From positions 1 to 16,655 of IMG/VR virus record IMGVR_UViG_2619619134_000015: 16,655 nt of DNA. The stretch is one strand, 5' to 3'. The DNA comes from a virus (lineage: Duplodnaviria > Heunggongvirae > Uroviricota > Caudoviricetes). A program made the position numbers and the translations under genes. The notes under the pieces were generated by a model, which had not been told where the DNA came from, searched no databases, and saw only the letters and a program-made list of their open reading frames with translations. Below, piece after piece: positions 1 through 8,569 of this stretch (within the stretch, counting starts at the first letter, position 1; each line of letters starts with the position of its first letter).

Positions 1-1314
1 TTAACTTACTGATTTTAATAAGCCTCTGGTGTCACTTTGGTGACTATGGGGCATCATTGGGACATAATCTGTCAGCTTCTGATTCAGCATTGCGATCTGT
101 TCTGCATTGCTGTCAGTCATCCATGCTCCGTATACATTGAATACCATCTGGGCACTTGCATGGCCCATCTGGCTGGCAATGAAGCTTGGGTTTGCTCCGG
201 CAGATAATGACCAGCACGCATAAGTGTGTCGTGACTGGTATGCCTTTCGATGCCTGATCCCTGCACGCTTAATGGCTGTTTCCCATGAGTCACCTACAGA
301 ATCGACTTTGTAGACAAAACCTACCTGTTCGCTTTTTCTAACCACTTGAGGGTTAAACACGAAAGTACATTCATGGTTCACTGAACGTCCATATTCACGT
401 AGTTGCACCTTGATGTTGTACTGCTTACCCAGTCTTGTCATTTCAGCCTGATTTTTCAGGACACTGATAGCGGGCTGGATAAGGTGCACAACCCTGTTTG
501 TGCTTGCTTCAGTTTTCGGTAGAGTGAACTCACCAAGTTTCGTATAATTGCGCCTGATGGTAATTGTTCCTGCCTTCAGATCGATATCTTCCCAGGCCAG
601 GGAGACCAGTTCACCGTGACGCATTCCTGTGTACACAGCCAATGACCACAGGTTTTTCGTCTGCTGATGTCGGCAAGCATCTATCAGGCGAATAAATTCG
701 TCACGAGTTAGCGGATCTGGCTCTGCCCTGGCTCTTTTAAGAGGCTTAATTCCCTGGAAGGGATTTGCTTCTAAGTAACCGTGATCTGCAGCAAACTGAA
801 ACATTCCAGCGATTGTCGTCATGTAATAATTTACAGTAACGACGCTCCGTCCTTTTGCTGCTGCTTTGTTTTTCGTTGAATTCTGATACCCGGTAAGCAA
901 ATCTTTCCTGATATACAGCAATTCCTCTTTGGTTACCGATGACACCAGTCTACTGCCTCCAATTTTCGGAACCATCGTTCTTGCAACGGATTCATAGCGA
1001 TTGAATGCATTTGCAGAGATTTCCATTCGTTTCAGATCCAGCCACTTTTCTTCAAGTTCCTTCACCGTAATTTCTTTTTTACTTACCCCAAAAGCCTGAA
1101 GGTTGGGGGAGTCAGGGAACTGTGCAGCATAATCAAAGCTTCCTGTGCGGATGGCAAAACATACTGATGTCCGCAGTTCCCCGGCGATCTTCCTGTTCTT
1201 GGCAGTGTCAGGGACACCAAGATTTTCCCTGACACGTTTACCTTTAAAATTAAACCAGATGCGTAATGTGCCGCCGTGGTTTTCGACGCCTGTTGGATAT
1301 TTGACTTTATCCAT
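1..1314 (-). CDS. int: Phage integrase, tyrosine site-specific recombinase (437 aa)
   Basis: Complete ORF with the stop at the window edge and an ATG at 1314 preceded by GGAGG. The C-terminal catalytic region has the tyrosine recombinase pattern (RHRKAYQSRHTYA ... Y). It sits at the end of the leftward operon next to an excisionase-like gene. It is not the lambda Int sequence. Confidence 0.9.
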   Translation of the reverse strand: MDKVKYPTGVENHGGTLRIWFNFKGKRVRENLGVPDTAKNRKIAGELRTSVCFAIRTGSFDYAAQFPDSPNLQAFGVSKKEITVKELEEKWLDLKRMEISANAFNRYESVARTMVPKIGGSRLVSSVTKEELLYIRKDLLTGYQNSTKNKAAAKGRSVVTVNYYMTTIAGMFQFAADHGYLEANPFQGIKPLKRARAEPDPLTRDEFIRLIDACRHQQTKNLWSLAVYTGMRHGELVSLAWEDIDLKAGTITIRRNYTKLGEFTLPKTEASTNRVVHLIQPAISVLKNQAEMTRLGKQYNIKVQLREYGRSVNHECTFVFNPQVVRKSEQVGFVYKVDSVGDSWETAIKRAGIRHRKAYQSRHTYACWSLSAGANPSFIASQMGHASAQMVFNVYGAWMTDSNAEQIAMLNQKLTDYVPMMPHSHQSDTRGLLKSVS

Positions 1315-1369
1315 CGATACCTCCAGACGCCCAAGAGCGATACGAGCTTACATATTTCATGATATTAAA

Positions 1370-1606
1370 TCACCTGGGTTGTTTGTTTTTCATTGAGGCG
1401 ACCCAGGCATCTATTGCTTTTCTGTTATACATACATTCACTGGAAGGCTTTGGATTACCGTCTGGTGATACGTGAATATACTCTCTTCCAACCATCCAGC
1501 ATTCTTTCCGGGCCCGAAGAATTGTGCCTGGTTTGAGCCCGGTAATTGCGATAAGAACGCTTTCACAAACCCATTCATTGGGAGCCAGTTGAATCACATT
1601 GCCCAT
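1370..1606 (-). CDS. xis: Excisionase (Xis-like, 78 aa)
   Basis: Small ORF immediately upstream of int on the same strand, with an ATG at 1606 preceded by GAGGT. The motif RARKECWMVGREYIHV resembles lambda Xis VRRWVRECRIFPPPVKDGREYLFHESAV. Confidence 0.7.
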   Translation of the reverse strand: MGNVIQLAPNEWVCESVLIAITGLKPGTILRARKECWMVGREYIHVSPDGNPKPSSECMYNRKAIDAWVASMKNKQPR

Positions 1607-1614
1607 GTATTACC

Positions 1615-1761
1615 TCACACAACACTCAGCCCACGGCAGTGGCAACACACTTCAAACATTCGCTTCACAACTTCACGACAGTAGAAGCCGTCAACATCTC
1701 GCGTCAGGTCATAGCGATTGCCGTAACGCTGGTGGACCCATCGTTCAAATGCTTTATTCAT
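1615..1761 (-). CDS. Hypothetical small Cys-rich protein (48 aa; MNKAFERWVHQRYGNRYDLTRDVDGFYCREVVKRMFEVCCHCRGLSVV)
   Basis: Not in the supplied ORF track because it is under 60 aa. It has an ATG at 1759-1761 preceded by AAGGAAG at good spacing and packs tightly between the neighbouring genes. It contains a C..CCHC cluster. Confidence 0.4.
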   Translation of the reverse strand: MNKAFERWVHQRYGNRYDLTRDVDGFYCREVVKRMFEVCCHCRGLSVV

Positions 1762-1764
1762 TCT

Positions 1765-2007
1765 TTACTTCCTTTTTATGGCTCGTAATTTTTTCAGGTG
1801 CTTTTCCTGCTCAGTGTCCGCGAGAATTTTGCGGTACTCCTGGTGGTCAATATGTTCGAACAGGCAGTTTAACTCACCAATGCGTACCCGCCCGGATCGT
1901 CCGTCCATCCGTCGAAAGAACACTGAGTGCTCAGTGATGCGAGTAATCACCACGGGGTATCCGGCTCTGTCCGTGTATATCTGACCGCGTTGAATCAAAG
2001 CGAACAT
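1765..2007 (-). CDS. Hypothetical small prophage protein (80 aa from the first ATG; resembles small conserved proteins found near xis in enterobacterial prophages, possibly DUF4222-type)
   Basis: The ORF-track start at 2043 is a TTG. The first in-frame ATG is at 2005-2007, preceded by a GGGGA RBS. Family assignment is from memory and unverified. Confidence 0.5.
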   Translation of the reverse strand: MFALIQRGQIYTDRAGYPVVITRITEHSVFFRRMDGRSGRVRIGELNCLFEHIDHQEYRKILADTEQEKHLKKLRAIKRK

Positions 2008-2091
2008 GTGGTTATCCCCATCGACAAATCGAGAACACAACAAACGCTGCTGCGAATACCACCCCCAGAGTTACGATTGCATCAGGCCAGC

Positions 2092-3387
2092 TCATTGATT
2101 CACCTCCTGCCTGTCGTCCGGCATTCGCTCACTACAGCTTATCCAACCATCCGGAGTTACCGGAGAGTTGCCATTTACCAAGTCAGCTCGAACATATAGC
2201 GTGTCATCATGGTGCTGATTGTGGCTGCACCACGTTAATTCGCTTAACTCGCCATCTTCTGGCCATACTCCAGCTGTTTGCAGCCAGATATGGGCTGGCG
2301 CATCTTGGCAAGGTGTATTAACTGGCAACTTGTAAGTTTGGCTTACAGGTTGGCTACCCTGAAGCATGGCAGCGTGGCAGGCATCCTCTACGCCCTTAAC
2401 TGCATCTGCGCAGTAGTTATAGCGATTGCATTCCACTAACTTCTGCTTGAGATTTTCAATTGCTTGCGCGACATCAGCCTGTATTGGCGGAACGGCTGTC
2501 TGCTGCTCTCGAACGTCATTAGTCGCTATCGGTTCTGCTGCCAACTGACTGGCATATTTGTTAATGGTAACGATAAGCTCTTGCTCGGCCTCATCCAGAC
2601 AATCACCGATACCTCGCCTGTCACCGTCAAAATCATCGAAATCGGCACGAATCTTGGCAACCTCCTGGATTGCGGACAACACTTCACCAGGAATAAGCCG
2701 AGAGTTGCCCGATAGTGCATTCTGCTCCAGTGATGCTTTTACAAACCACGCTGCCTGAACTATAACGCCATGAATCCAGCGCAAATCAGCATCGCGATCT
2801 TTCTTTTTCATCTTTTCGCCACTTAAGGCCTTGCTTATGTGGCTGCGTACCAGGTCTTCATGTAATTCCTTCGCCTCCTCAATGGTGAAACCACCAGGCA
2901 GAAGAGCCGGAGTTACCGGAGAGCTGGTTGACGCTTCCGGGATTTCCCGAAAATTATTGGTTGACGAATTCTTGCTTTCCCGAAAGTTTCCGGACTGAAG
3001 CATGGCGGTGCGGCAGGCGTTCCATATTTCGGCAGCAATATCGCGCTCGCTATCGGTTAATTTGTACGTGGAAACATAGCCAGAGAGCATTTCTACGTTT
3101 TCCGGAGTTGCTTCTTCCGGCACTACCGGCGCTGGCGGGGCGGCAAATAGATATCCGCCAAAGTCAGGAAGCTCTCCAATGGCCTGTACGAACTTTTGTT
3201 TGCCTACGTCAACTCCTAATGGGTAATGAGCTATAATCTTTGCCACCGGCTCTGCTGCCAGTGATGCCAGCGCAATCCGTGCCAGCTCTTCCGCTTCTTC
3301 TGCTGGAAGCACAACGTTGCTACCCGGTCCGTATGTTTCGCGCCACTGCTTGATTGTCAGCAGTCGCCCTTTGGTAATAGTGATCAT
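2092..3387 (-). CDS. Hypothetical modular phage protein (431 aa), possibly with a C-terminal DUF551-like domain
   Basis: Long ORF with an ATG at 3387 that overlaps the upstream gene stop (ATGA). It contains a 17-bp perfect direct repeat (ccggagttaccggagag at 2151-2167 and 2907-2923) encoding SPVTP linkers. The DUF551 assignment is from memory and unverified. Confidence 0.6.
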   Translation of the reverse strand: MITITKGRLLTIKQWRETYGPGSNVVLPAEEAEELARIALASLAAEPVAKIIAHYPLGVDVGKQKFVQAIGELPDFGGYLFAAPPAPVVPEEATPENVEMLSGYVSTYKLTDSERDIAAEIWNACRTAMLQSGNFRESKNSSTNNFREIPEASTSSPVTPALLPGGFTIEEAKELHEDLVRSHISKALSGEKMKKKDRDADLRWIHGVIVQAAWFVKASLEQNALSGNSRLIPGEVLSAIQEVAKIRADFDDFDGDRRGIGDCLDEAEQELIVTINKYASQLAAEPIATNDVREQQTAVPPIQADVAQAIENLKQKLVECNRYNYCADAVKGVEDACHAAMLQGSQPVSQTYKLPVNTPCQDAPAHIWLQTAGVWPEDGELSELTWCSHNQHHDDTLYVRADLVNGNSPVTPDGWISCSERMPDDRQEVNQ

Positions 3388-3899
3388 GCCGCGTTTCCTT
3401 CTTTCTTATTAACAATCACACCGTCATATATTTCATTAAGGTGCCCTCTCAACTCCATGCGCCTTAATGCAGATAACATGTAATCGCATTCAACCTGCTT
3501 ATTCCCGGTAAATGGCTTATCGTCAGGATTACCCCAACAGCAATTACCCCTGGGCCATCCATGTACTTTCCGTACTCTTCCGTTAACAACGTGAAGTAAT
3601 CCCCAGCCGGGAGGTAAATCCTCAACTGAAATAATTTCCGGCTCACTAATAAAGAATCGCCAGTCGCCCATGCCAAGTGAGGGATTTTTACGGAAACGCT
3701 TTTTTCTATCTGCCAACAAGTCAGCACGAGAACACTTCGCCTCTATCAGGCATGATGCTGAATTTCTGAATCCCATAGCATCTGGCTGTTCTCCGGTACT
3801 GGTTACAGCAACAAAGCGGTCATGAAAGCAAACCTTGAACCCGTTGCGCTTAAGGAACTTGTACGCAATCTGACAGAGTTCGTGGTGTGTTAACGCCAT
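3384..3899 (-). CDS. Hypothetical protein (171 aa), possible PD-(D/E)XK nuclease-like fold
   Basis: Start chosen at the ATG at 3897-3899, preceded by AAGGAGAG; the ORF-track start at 3941 would overlap the upstream gene. The motif D..(n)..CLIEAKCSRADLL is reminiscent of a PD-(D/E)XK core. This is inference only. Confidence 0.55.
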   Translation of the reverse strand: MALTHHELCQIAYKFLKRNGFKVCFHDRFVAVTSTGEQPDAMGFRNSASCLIEAKCSRADLLADRKKRFRKNPSLGMGDWRFFISEPEIISVEDLPPGWGLLHVVNGRVRKVHGWPRGNCCWGNPDDKPFTGNKQVECDYMLSALRRMELRGHLNEIYDGVIVNKKEGNAA

Positions 3900-3900
3900 A

Positions 3901-4383
3901 TCACTCTCCTTTGATGCGAATGCCAGCGGCGCGGGAATCATTCCATCGCTTTACTTCTTCACGAATTACGTCAATGCATTCTTTCGAATCCATTAGGTAA
4001 TCTTCATCAAAAAGACGTTCCTGTTCGTTTTCTATCGCAACAATGATTGCTTCAACTAACTTTTGTTCCTGAGAATCACTTTCTAACTCTGCTATGCGCT
4101 TACTCCCATCCGAGATAACACCTTCGTAATATTCACGCTGTTCGTTGAGTTTTGATTTTGTCTCCTCAAGCTCAACGCGCAGCTTCCCTACCGTTAGCGC
4201 AATATCCTCGTTCTCCTGGTCGCGGCGTTTGATGTATTGCTGGTTTCTTTCCCGTTCATCCAGCAGTGCCAGCACAACCTGAGGTGTGACTTTCATACGA
4301 AATGCCAGCAATTTTTGAGGCGTTGCTACTGTTTCAATTGCTACTGCCGCCTCACGCAGTGCCTGAGAGTTAATTTCGCTCAC
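3901..4383 (-). CDS. Hypothetical coiled-coil protein (160 aa, E/K/R/Q-rich)
   Basis: GTG start at 4381-4383 preceded by GAGAGG, overlapping the stop of the upstream TraR-like gene (GTGA). Composition is strongly helical and charged. Function unknown. Confidence 0.55.
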   Translation of the reverse strand: MSEINSQALREAAVAIETVATPQKLLAFRMKVTPQVVLALLDERERNQQYIKRRDQENEDIALTVGKLRVELEETKSKLNEQREYYEGVISDGSKRIAELESDSQEQKLVEAIIVAIENEQERLFDEDYLMDSKECIDVIREEVKRWNDSRAAGIRIKGE

Positions 4384-4601
4384 TTCGAACCTCTCTGTTT
4401 ACTGATAAGTTCCAGATCCTCCTGGCAACTTGCACAAGTCCGACAACCCTGAACGGCCAAGCGTCTTCGTTCATCTATCGGATCGCCACACTCACAACAA
4501 TGAGTGGCAGATATAGCCTGGTGGTTCAGGCGGCGCATTTTTATTGCTGTGTTGCGCTGTAATTCTTCAATTTCTGATGCTGAATCAATGATGTCTGCCA
4601 T
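4380..4601 (-). CDS. TraR/DksA-family C4 zinc-finger protein (73 aa)
   Basis: The four-Cys pattern CCECGDPIDERRR...GCRTCASC is typical of phage and plasmid TraR/DksA C4-type zinc fingers. ATG at 4601. Confidence 0.75.
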   Translation of the reverse strand: MADIIDSASEIEELQRNTAIKMRRLNHQAISATHCCECGDPIDERRRLAVQGCRTCASCQEDLELISKQRGSK

Positions 4602-4650
4602 CTTTCATTAATCCCTGAATTGTTGGTTAATACGCTTGAGGGTGAATGCG

Positions 4651-4677
4651 AATAATAAAAAAGGAGCCTGTAGCTCC
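4651..4677 (-). terminator. Rho-independent terminator (leftward)
   Basis: On the minus strand, a GGAGC-TACAG-GCTCC hairpin is followed by TTTTTTATTATT. It lies between the 4700-4915 gene and the TraR-like gene. Confidence 0.55.
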
Positions 4678-4699
4678 CTGATGATTTTGCTTTTCATGT

Positions 4700-4915
4700 T
4701 CATCGCTCCTTAAAGACGCCGTTTAACATGCCGATCGCCAGGCTTAAATGAGTCGGTGTGAATCCCATCAGCGTTACCGTTTCGCGGTGCTTCTTCAGTA
4801 CGCTACGGCAAATGTCATCGACGTTTTTATCCGGAAACTGCTGTCTGGCTTTTTTGATTTCAGAATTAGCCTGACGGGCAATGCTGCGAAGGGCGTTTTC
4901 CTGCTGAGGTGTCAT
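4700..4915 (-). CDS. Hypothetical protein (71 aa from the ATG at 4915; the ORF also has an upstream ATG at 4981)
   Basis: ORF in the lambda orf61 position downstream of orf63. Start is uncertain because neither ATG has a strong RBS. Identity to lambda orf61 is not established. Confidence 0.45.
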   Translation of the reverse strand: MTPQQENALRSIARQANSEIKKARQQFPDKNVDDICRSVLKKHRETVTLMGFTPTHLSLAIGMLNGVFKER

Positions 4916-4991
4916 TGAACAAGTCCCATGTCGGCAAGCATAAGCACACAGAATATGAAGCCCGCTGCCAGAAAAATGCATTCAGTGGTTG

Positions 4992-5183
4992 TCATACCTG
5001 GTCTCTCTCATCTGCTTCTGCTTTCGCCACCATCATTTCCAGCTTTTGTGAAAGGGATGCGGCTAACGTATGAAATACTTCGTCTGTTTCTACTGGTATT
5101 GGCACAAACCTGACTCCAATTTGAGCGAGGCTATGTGCCATCTCGATACTCGTTCTTAACTCAACGGGAGATGCTTTGTGCAT
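4992..5183 (-). CDS. Lambda orf63-like protein (63 aa)
   Basis: Exactly 63 aa, with an ATG at 5183 preceded by GGGGAG. Position relative to exo matches the lambda order exo-orf60a-orf63. Identification is from gene order and size plus partial memory of the sequence. Confidence 0.55.
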   Translation of the reverse strand: MHKASPVELRTSIEMAHSLAQIGVRFVPIPVETDEVFHTLAASLSQKLEMMVAKAEADERDQV

Positions 5184-5338
5184 ACAGCTCCCCGTTTATT
5201 ATTTATCTCCTCAGCCAGCCGCTGTGCTTTCAGGGGATTTCGGATAACAGAAAGGCCGGGAAATACCCAGCCTCGCTTTGTAACGGAGTAGACGAAAGTG
5301 ATCGCGCCTACCCGGATATTATCGTGAGGATGCTTCAT
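5156..5338 (-). CDS. Lambda orf60a-like protein (60 aa)
   Basis: The ATG at 5336-5338 overlaps the exo stop (ATGA), giving a 60-aa product ([16 protein letters not shown]...). It is immediately downstream of exo, as in lambda. Confidence 0.55.
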   Translation of the reverse strand: MKHPHDNIRVGAITFVYSVTKRGWVFPGLSVIRNPLKAQRLAEEINNKRGAVCTKHLPLS

Positions 5339-6015
5339 CGCCATTGCTCCCCAAATACAAAACCAATTTCAGCCAGTGCCTCGTCCATTTTTTCGATGAA
5401 CTCCGGCACCATCTCGTCAAAACTCGCCATGTAATTTTCATCCCGCTCAACCACGACATAATGCAGGCCTTCACGCTTCATTCGTGGGTCATAGTTGGCA
5501 AAGTACCAGGCATCTTTTCGCGTCACCCACATGCTGTACTGCACCTGGGCCATGTAAGCTGACTTTATGGCCTCGAAACCACCGAGCCGGAATTTCATGA
5601 AATCCCGGGAGGTAAACGGGCATTTCAGTTCAAGGCCGTTGCCGTCACTGCATAAACCATCGGGAGAGCAGGCGGTGCGCATACTTTCGTCGCGATAGAT
5701 GATCGGGGATTCAGTAACATTCACGCCGGAAGTAAACTCAAACAGGGCTCTGGCGTCGTTCTCGTACTGTTTTCCCCAGGCCAGCGCCTTAGCATTAACT
5801 TCCGGAGCCACACCGGTGCAAACCTCAGCCAGCAGGGTGTGGAAGTAGGACATTTTCATGTCAGGCCACTTCTTTCCTGAGCGGGGCTTTGCTATCACGT
5901 TGTGAACTTCTGAAGCGGTGATGACGCCGAGCAGTAATTTGTGCCATGCATCATCCCCCTGTTCGACAGCTCTCACGTCGATCCCGGTACGCTGCAGGAT
6001 AATGTCCGGTGTCAT
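5335..6015 (-). CDS. exo: Lambda exonuclease (Red-alpha), 226 aa
   Basis: The protein ([43 protein letters not shown] ... FVFGEQWR) matches lambda Exo as remembered. Its start overlaps the bet stop. Confidence 0.95.
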   Translation of the reverse strand: MTPDIILQRTGIDVRAVEQGDDAWHKLLLGVITASEVHNVIAKPRSGKKWPDMKMSYFHTLLAEVCTGVAPEVNAKALAWGKQYENDARALFEFTSGVNVTESPIIYRDESMRTACSPDGLCSDGNGLELKCPFTSRDFMKFRLGGFEAIKSAYMAQVQYSMWVTRKDAWYFANYDPRMKREGLHYVVVERDENYMASFDEMVPEFIEKMDEALAEIGFVFGEQWR

Positions 6016-6797
6016 GCTGCCACCTTCTGCTCAGTGGCTTTCTGTTTCAGGAATCCAAGAGCTTTCACTGCTTCGGCCTGTGTCAGTTCTGACGATGCGC
6101 GAATGTCGCGGCGAAATATCTGGGAACAGAGCGGCAATAAGTCGTCATCCCATGTTTTATCCAGGGCGATCAGCAGAGTGTTAATCTCCTGCATGGTTTC
6201 ATCGTTAACCGGAGTGATGTCGCGTTCCGGCTGACGTTCTGCAGTGTATGCAGTATTTTCGACAATGCGCTCGGCTTCATCCTTGTCATAGATACCAGCA
6301 AATCCGAAGGCCAGACGGGCACACTGAATCATGGCTTTATGCCGTAACATCCGTTTGGGATGCGACTGCCACGGTCCGGTGATTTCTCTGCCTTCGCGGG
6401 TTTTGAATGGTTCGCGGCGGCATTCATCCATCCACTCGGTAACGCAGATCGGATGATTACGGTCCTTGCGGTAAATCCGGCATGTACATGATTCATTGTC
6501 CTGCTCAAAGTCCATGCCATCAAACTGCTGGTTTTCATTGATGATACGGGACCAGCCATCAACGCCCACCACCGGAACGATGCCGTTCTGCTTGTCAGGG
6601 AAGGCGTAAATTTCTTTCGTCCACGGATTAAGGCCGTACTGGTTGGCGACGATCAACAATGCGATGAACTGCGCATCGCTGGCATCACCTTTAAATGCCG
6701 TCTGGCGAAGAGTGGTGATCAGTTCCTGTGGGTCGACAGAATCCATGCCGACACGTTCAGCCAGCTTCCCAGCCAGCGTTGCGAGTGCTGTACTCAT
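6012..6797 (-). CDS. bet: Lambda Bet single-strand annealing protein (Red-beta), 261 aa
   Basis: The protein ([66 protein letters not shown]...) matches lambda Bet as remembered. Confidence 0.95.
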   Translation of the reverse strand: MSTALATLAGKLAERVGMDSVDPQELITTLRQTAFKGDASDAQFIALLIVANQYGLNPWTKEIYAFPDKQNGIVPVVGVDGWSRIINENQQFDGMDFEQDNESCTCRIYRKDRNHPICVTEWMDECRREPFKTREGREITGPWQSHPKRMLRHKAMIQCARLAFGFAGIYDKDEAERIVENTAYTAERQPERDITPVNDETMQEINTLLIALDKTWDDDLLPLCSQIFRRDIRASSELTQAEAVKALGFLKQKATEQKVAA

Positions 6798-6802
6798 CCG
6801 TT

Positions 6803-7219
6803 TTATACCTCTGAATCAATATCAACCTGGTGGTGAGCAATGGTTTCAACCATGTACCGGATGTGTTCTGCCATGCGCTCCTGAAACTCAACATCGTCAT
6901 CAAACGCACGGGTAATGGCTTTTTTGCTGGCCCCGTGGCGTTGCAAATGATCGATGCATAGCGATTCAAACAGGTGCTAGGGCAGGCTTTTTTCCATGTC
7001 GTCTGCCAGTTCTGCCTCTTTCTCTTCACGGGCGAGCTGCTGGTAGTGACGCGTCCAGCTCTGAGCCTCAAGACGATCCTGAATGTAATAAGCGTTCATG
7101 GCTGAACTCCTGAAATAGCTGTGAAAATATCGCCCGCGAAATGCCGGGCTGATTAGGAAAACAGGAAAGGGGGTTAGTGAATGCTTTTGCTTGATCTCAG
7201 TTTCAGTATTAATATCCAT
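6803..7219 (-). pseudogene. gam: gam (RecBCD inhibitor) interrupted by an in-frame amber codon
   Basis: The locus is 417 nt, equal to the 138-codon lambda gam. The N-terminal 80 codons ([50 protein letters not shown]...DDMEKSLP) end at a TAG at 6977-6979. Downstream, the same frame encodes [57 protein letters not shown], matching the lambda Gam C-terminus, then a TAA at 6803-6805. Confidence 0.85.
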
Positions 7220-7317
7220 TTTTTATAAGCGTCGACGGCCTCACGAAACATCTTTTCATCGCCAATAAAAGTGGCGATAGTGAATTTAGTCTGGATAGCC
7301 ATAAGTGTTTGATCCAT
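7174..7317 (-). CDS. kil: Kil, host cell-division inhibitor (47 aa)
   Basis: [47 protein letters not shown] matches lambda Kil as remembered. It overlaps the gam start and the cIII 3' end, as in lambda. The ORF-track N-terminal extension to 7443 is an artefact. Confidence 0.8.
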   Translation of the reverse strand: MDQTLMAIQTKFTIATFIGDEKMFREAVDAYKKWILILKLRSSKSIH

Positions 7318-7450
7318 TTTTTGGGACTCCTGGCTGATTAAGTATGTCGATAAGGCGTTTCCATCCGTCACGTAATTTACGGGTGATTCGTTCAAGTAAA
7401 GATTCGGAAGGGCAGCCAGCAACAGGCCACCCTGCAATGGCATATTGCAT
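7286..7450 (-). CDS. cIII: CIII, FtsH/HflB inhibitor that stabilises CII (54 aa)
   Basis: The ATG at 7448-7450 begins MQYAIAGWPVAGCP..., the lambda CIII N-terminus. The ORF is 165 nt and is absent from the ORF track because it is under 60 aa. Confidence 0.8.
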   Translation of the reverse strand: MQYAIAGWPVAGCPSESLLERITRKLRDGWKRLIDILNQPGVPKNGSNTYGYPD

Positions 7451-7522
7451 GGTGTGCTCCTTATTTATACATAACGAAAAACGCCTCGAGTGAAGCGTTA
7501 TTGGTATGCGGTAACGCCGCGC

Positions 7523-7891
7523 TCAGGCGGCTTTGATAGTCATATCATCTGAATCAAATATTCCTGATGTATCGATATCGGTAATTCTTATTCCTTCGCT
7601 ACCATCCATTGGAGGCCATCCTTCCTGACCGTTTCCATCATTCCAGTCGAACTCACACACAACACCATATGCATTTAAGTCGCTTGAAATTGCTATAAGC
7701 AGAGCATGTTGCGCCAGCATGATTAATACAGCATTTAATACAGAGCCGTGTTTATTGAGTCGGTATTCAGAGTCTGACCAGAAATTATTAATCTGGTAAA
7801 GTTTTTCCTCTGTCATTACGTCATGGTCGATTTCAATTTCTATTGATGCTTTCCAGTCGTAATCAATGATGTATTTTTTGATGTTTGACAT
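7523..7891 (-). CDS. ea10: Ea10-like protein (122 aa)
   Basis: Its size and its position immediately upstream of cIII match lambda ea10. ATG at 7891. Confidence 0.7.
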   Translation of the reverse strand: MSNIKKYIIDYDWKASIEIEIDHDVMTEEKLYQINNFWSDSEYRLNKHGSVLNAVLIMLAQHALLIAISSDLNAYGVVCEFDWNDGNGQEGWPPMDGSEGIRITDIDTSGIFDSDDMTIKAA

Positions 7892-7910
7892 CTATTCATA
7901 TCCTCACAGA

Positions 7911-7937
7911 TAAAAAATCGCCCTCATACTGGAGGGC
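7911..7937 (-). terminator. Rho-independent terminator (leftward) between the accessory cassette and ea10
   Basis: On the minus strand, a GCCCTC-(6 nt)-GAGGGC hairpin (7920-7937) is followed by GATTTTTTAT. Confidence 0.5.
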
Positions 7938-8041
7938 AAAGAAGATTTCCAATAATCAGAACAAGTCGACTCCTGTTTAGTTACGAGCGACATTGCTCCG
8001 TGTATTCACTCGTTGGAATGAATACACAGTGCTTATTCGTA

Positions 8042-8512
8042 CTAATAAAACACCCAGTTTTCTGTTTCTTGGTTGTGTCCAAAGTTATATTCAATATCTG
8101 GTGTTGATGTATCAATATTCTTCATCCCATCAACAAGAGTTGATGCAACAGCCAAATCTTGTTTGATTCTCATTAAATGGTATTTCTTCCGGCGCAATAA
8201 ACTTTCAATGGCAAGTTTCTTCGTTGGGAATGCAAAAGATCTTTCTGCATTTTTTGCTACTTTCTTAATTGCATATCTATTTCTCTTTTGTTTCCATTCC
8301 TGTAACCACTGATTTGGTGCTGGTTTAAAATTAACAATCCAATGCGCAGGAACCAACCATGCATAATGCTCTGTCTGATGAAAAGCTATATATTGAAGTG
8401 CGAATATTTTGATTCCATCTTCTTCAACTGTCGCCTGGAATCTCCAGAAAACAGGCATTCCATCATGTTCAGTTTCTGATTCAGGAAAAGGTACGCTCCA
8501 TGATTTTGTCAT
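8042..8512 (-). CDS. Hypothetical protein (156 aa), accessory cassette gene A
   Basis: ATG at 8512 preceded by GAGGTGA. It lies in an AT-rich segment (judged by eye) in the position of lambda ral/sieB. No recognisable motifs. Confidence 0.6.
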   Translation of the reverse strand: MTKSWSVPFPESETEHDGMPVFWRFQATVEEDGIKIFALQYIAFHQTEHYAWLVPAHWIVNFKPAPNQWLQEWKQKRNRYAIKKVAKNAERSFAFPTKKLAIESLLRRKKYHLMRIKQDLAVASTLVDGMKNIDTSTPDIEYNFGHNQETENWVFY

Positions 8513-8569
8513 ATCTCACCTCAAATAATTCAGTGCAGTGTTTATTCTGTTGCTTATTCCAAAGCAAAT

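Noticed and set aside
1728-1735. Chi octamer GCTGGTGG
   Set aside because: A single occurrence in 16.6 kb is near random expectation. No evidence of functional placement.
1599-2199. Plus-strand ORFs 1599..1937, 1778..1984 and 1927..2199 in the xis-proximal region
   Set aside because: They overlap well-supported minus-strand genes in an otherwise unidirectional leftward operon and have no RBS support.
2464-3236. Plus-strand ORFs inside the 431-aa gene (2464..2715, 2558..2758, 2928..3236)
   Set aside because: They are antisense to a long, well-supported minus-strand ORF.
6643-7071. ORFs 6643..6915 (+) and 6757..7071 (-) around the gam/bet junction
   Set aside because: They are alternative frames over bet and the gam C-terminal region. 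The gam reading frame, interrupted by the amber codon, explains this segment.
7174-7443. 89-aa ORF-track product extending kil upstream
   Set aside because: The conserved Kil protein starts at the internal ATG (MDQTLMAIQ...). The extension overlaps cIII in another frame.
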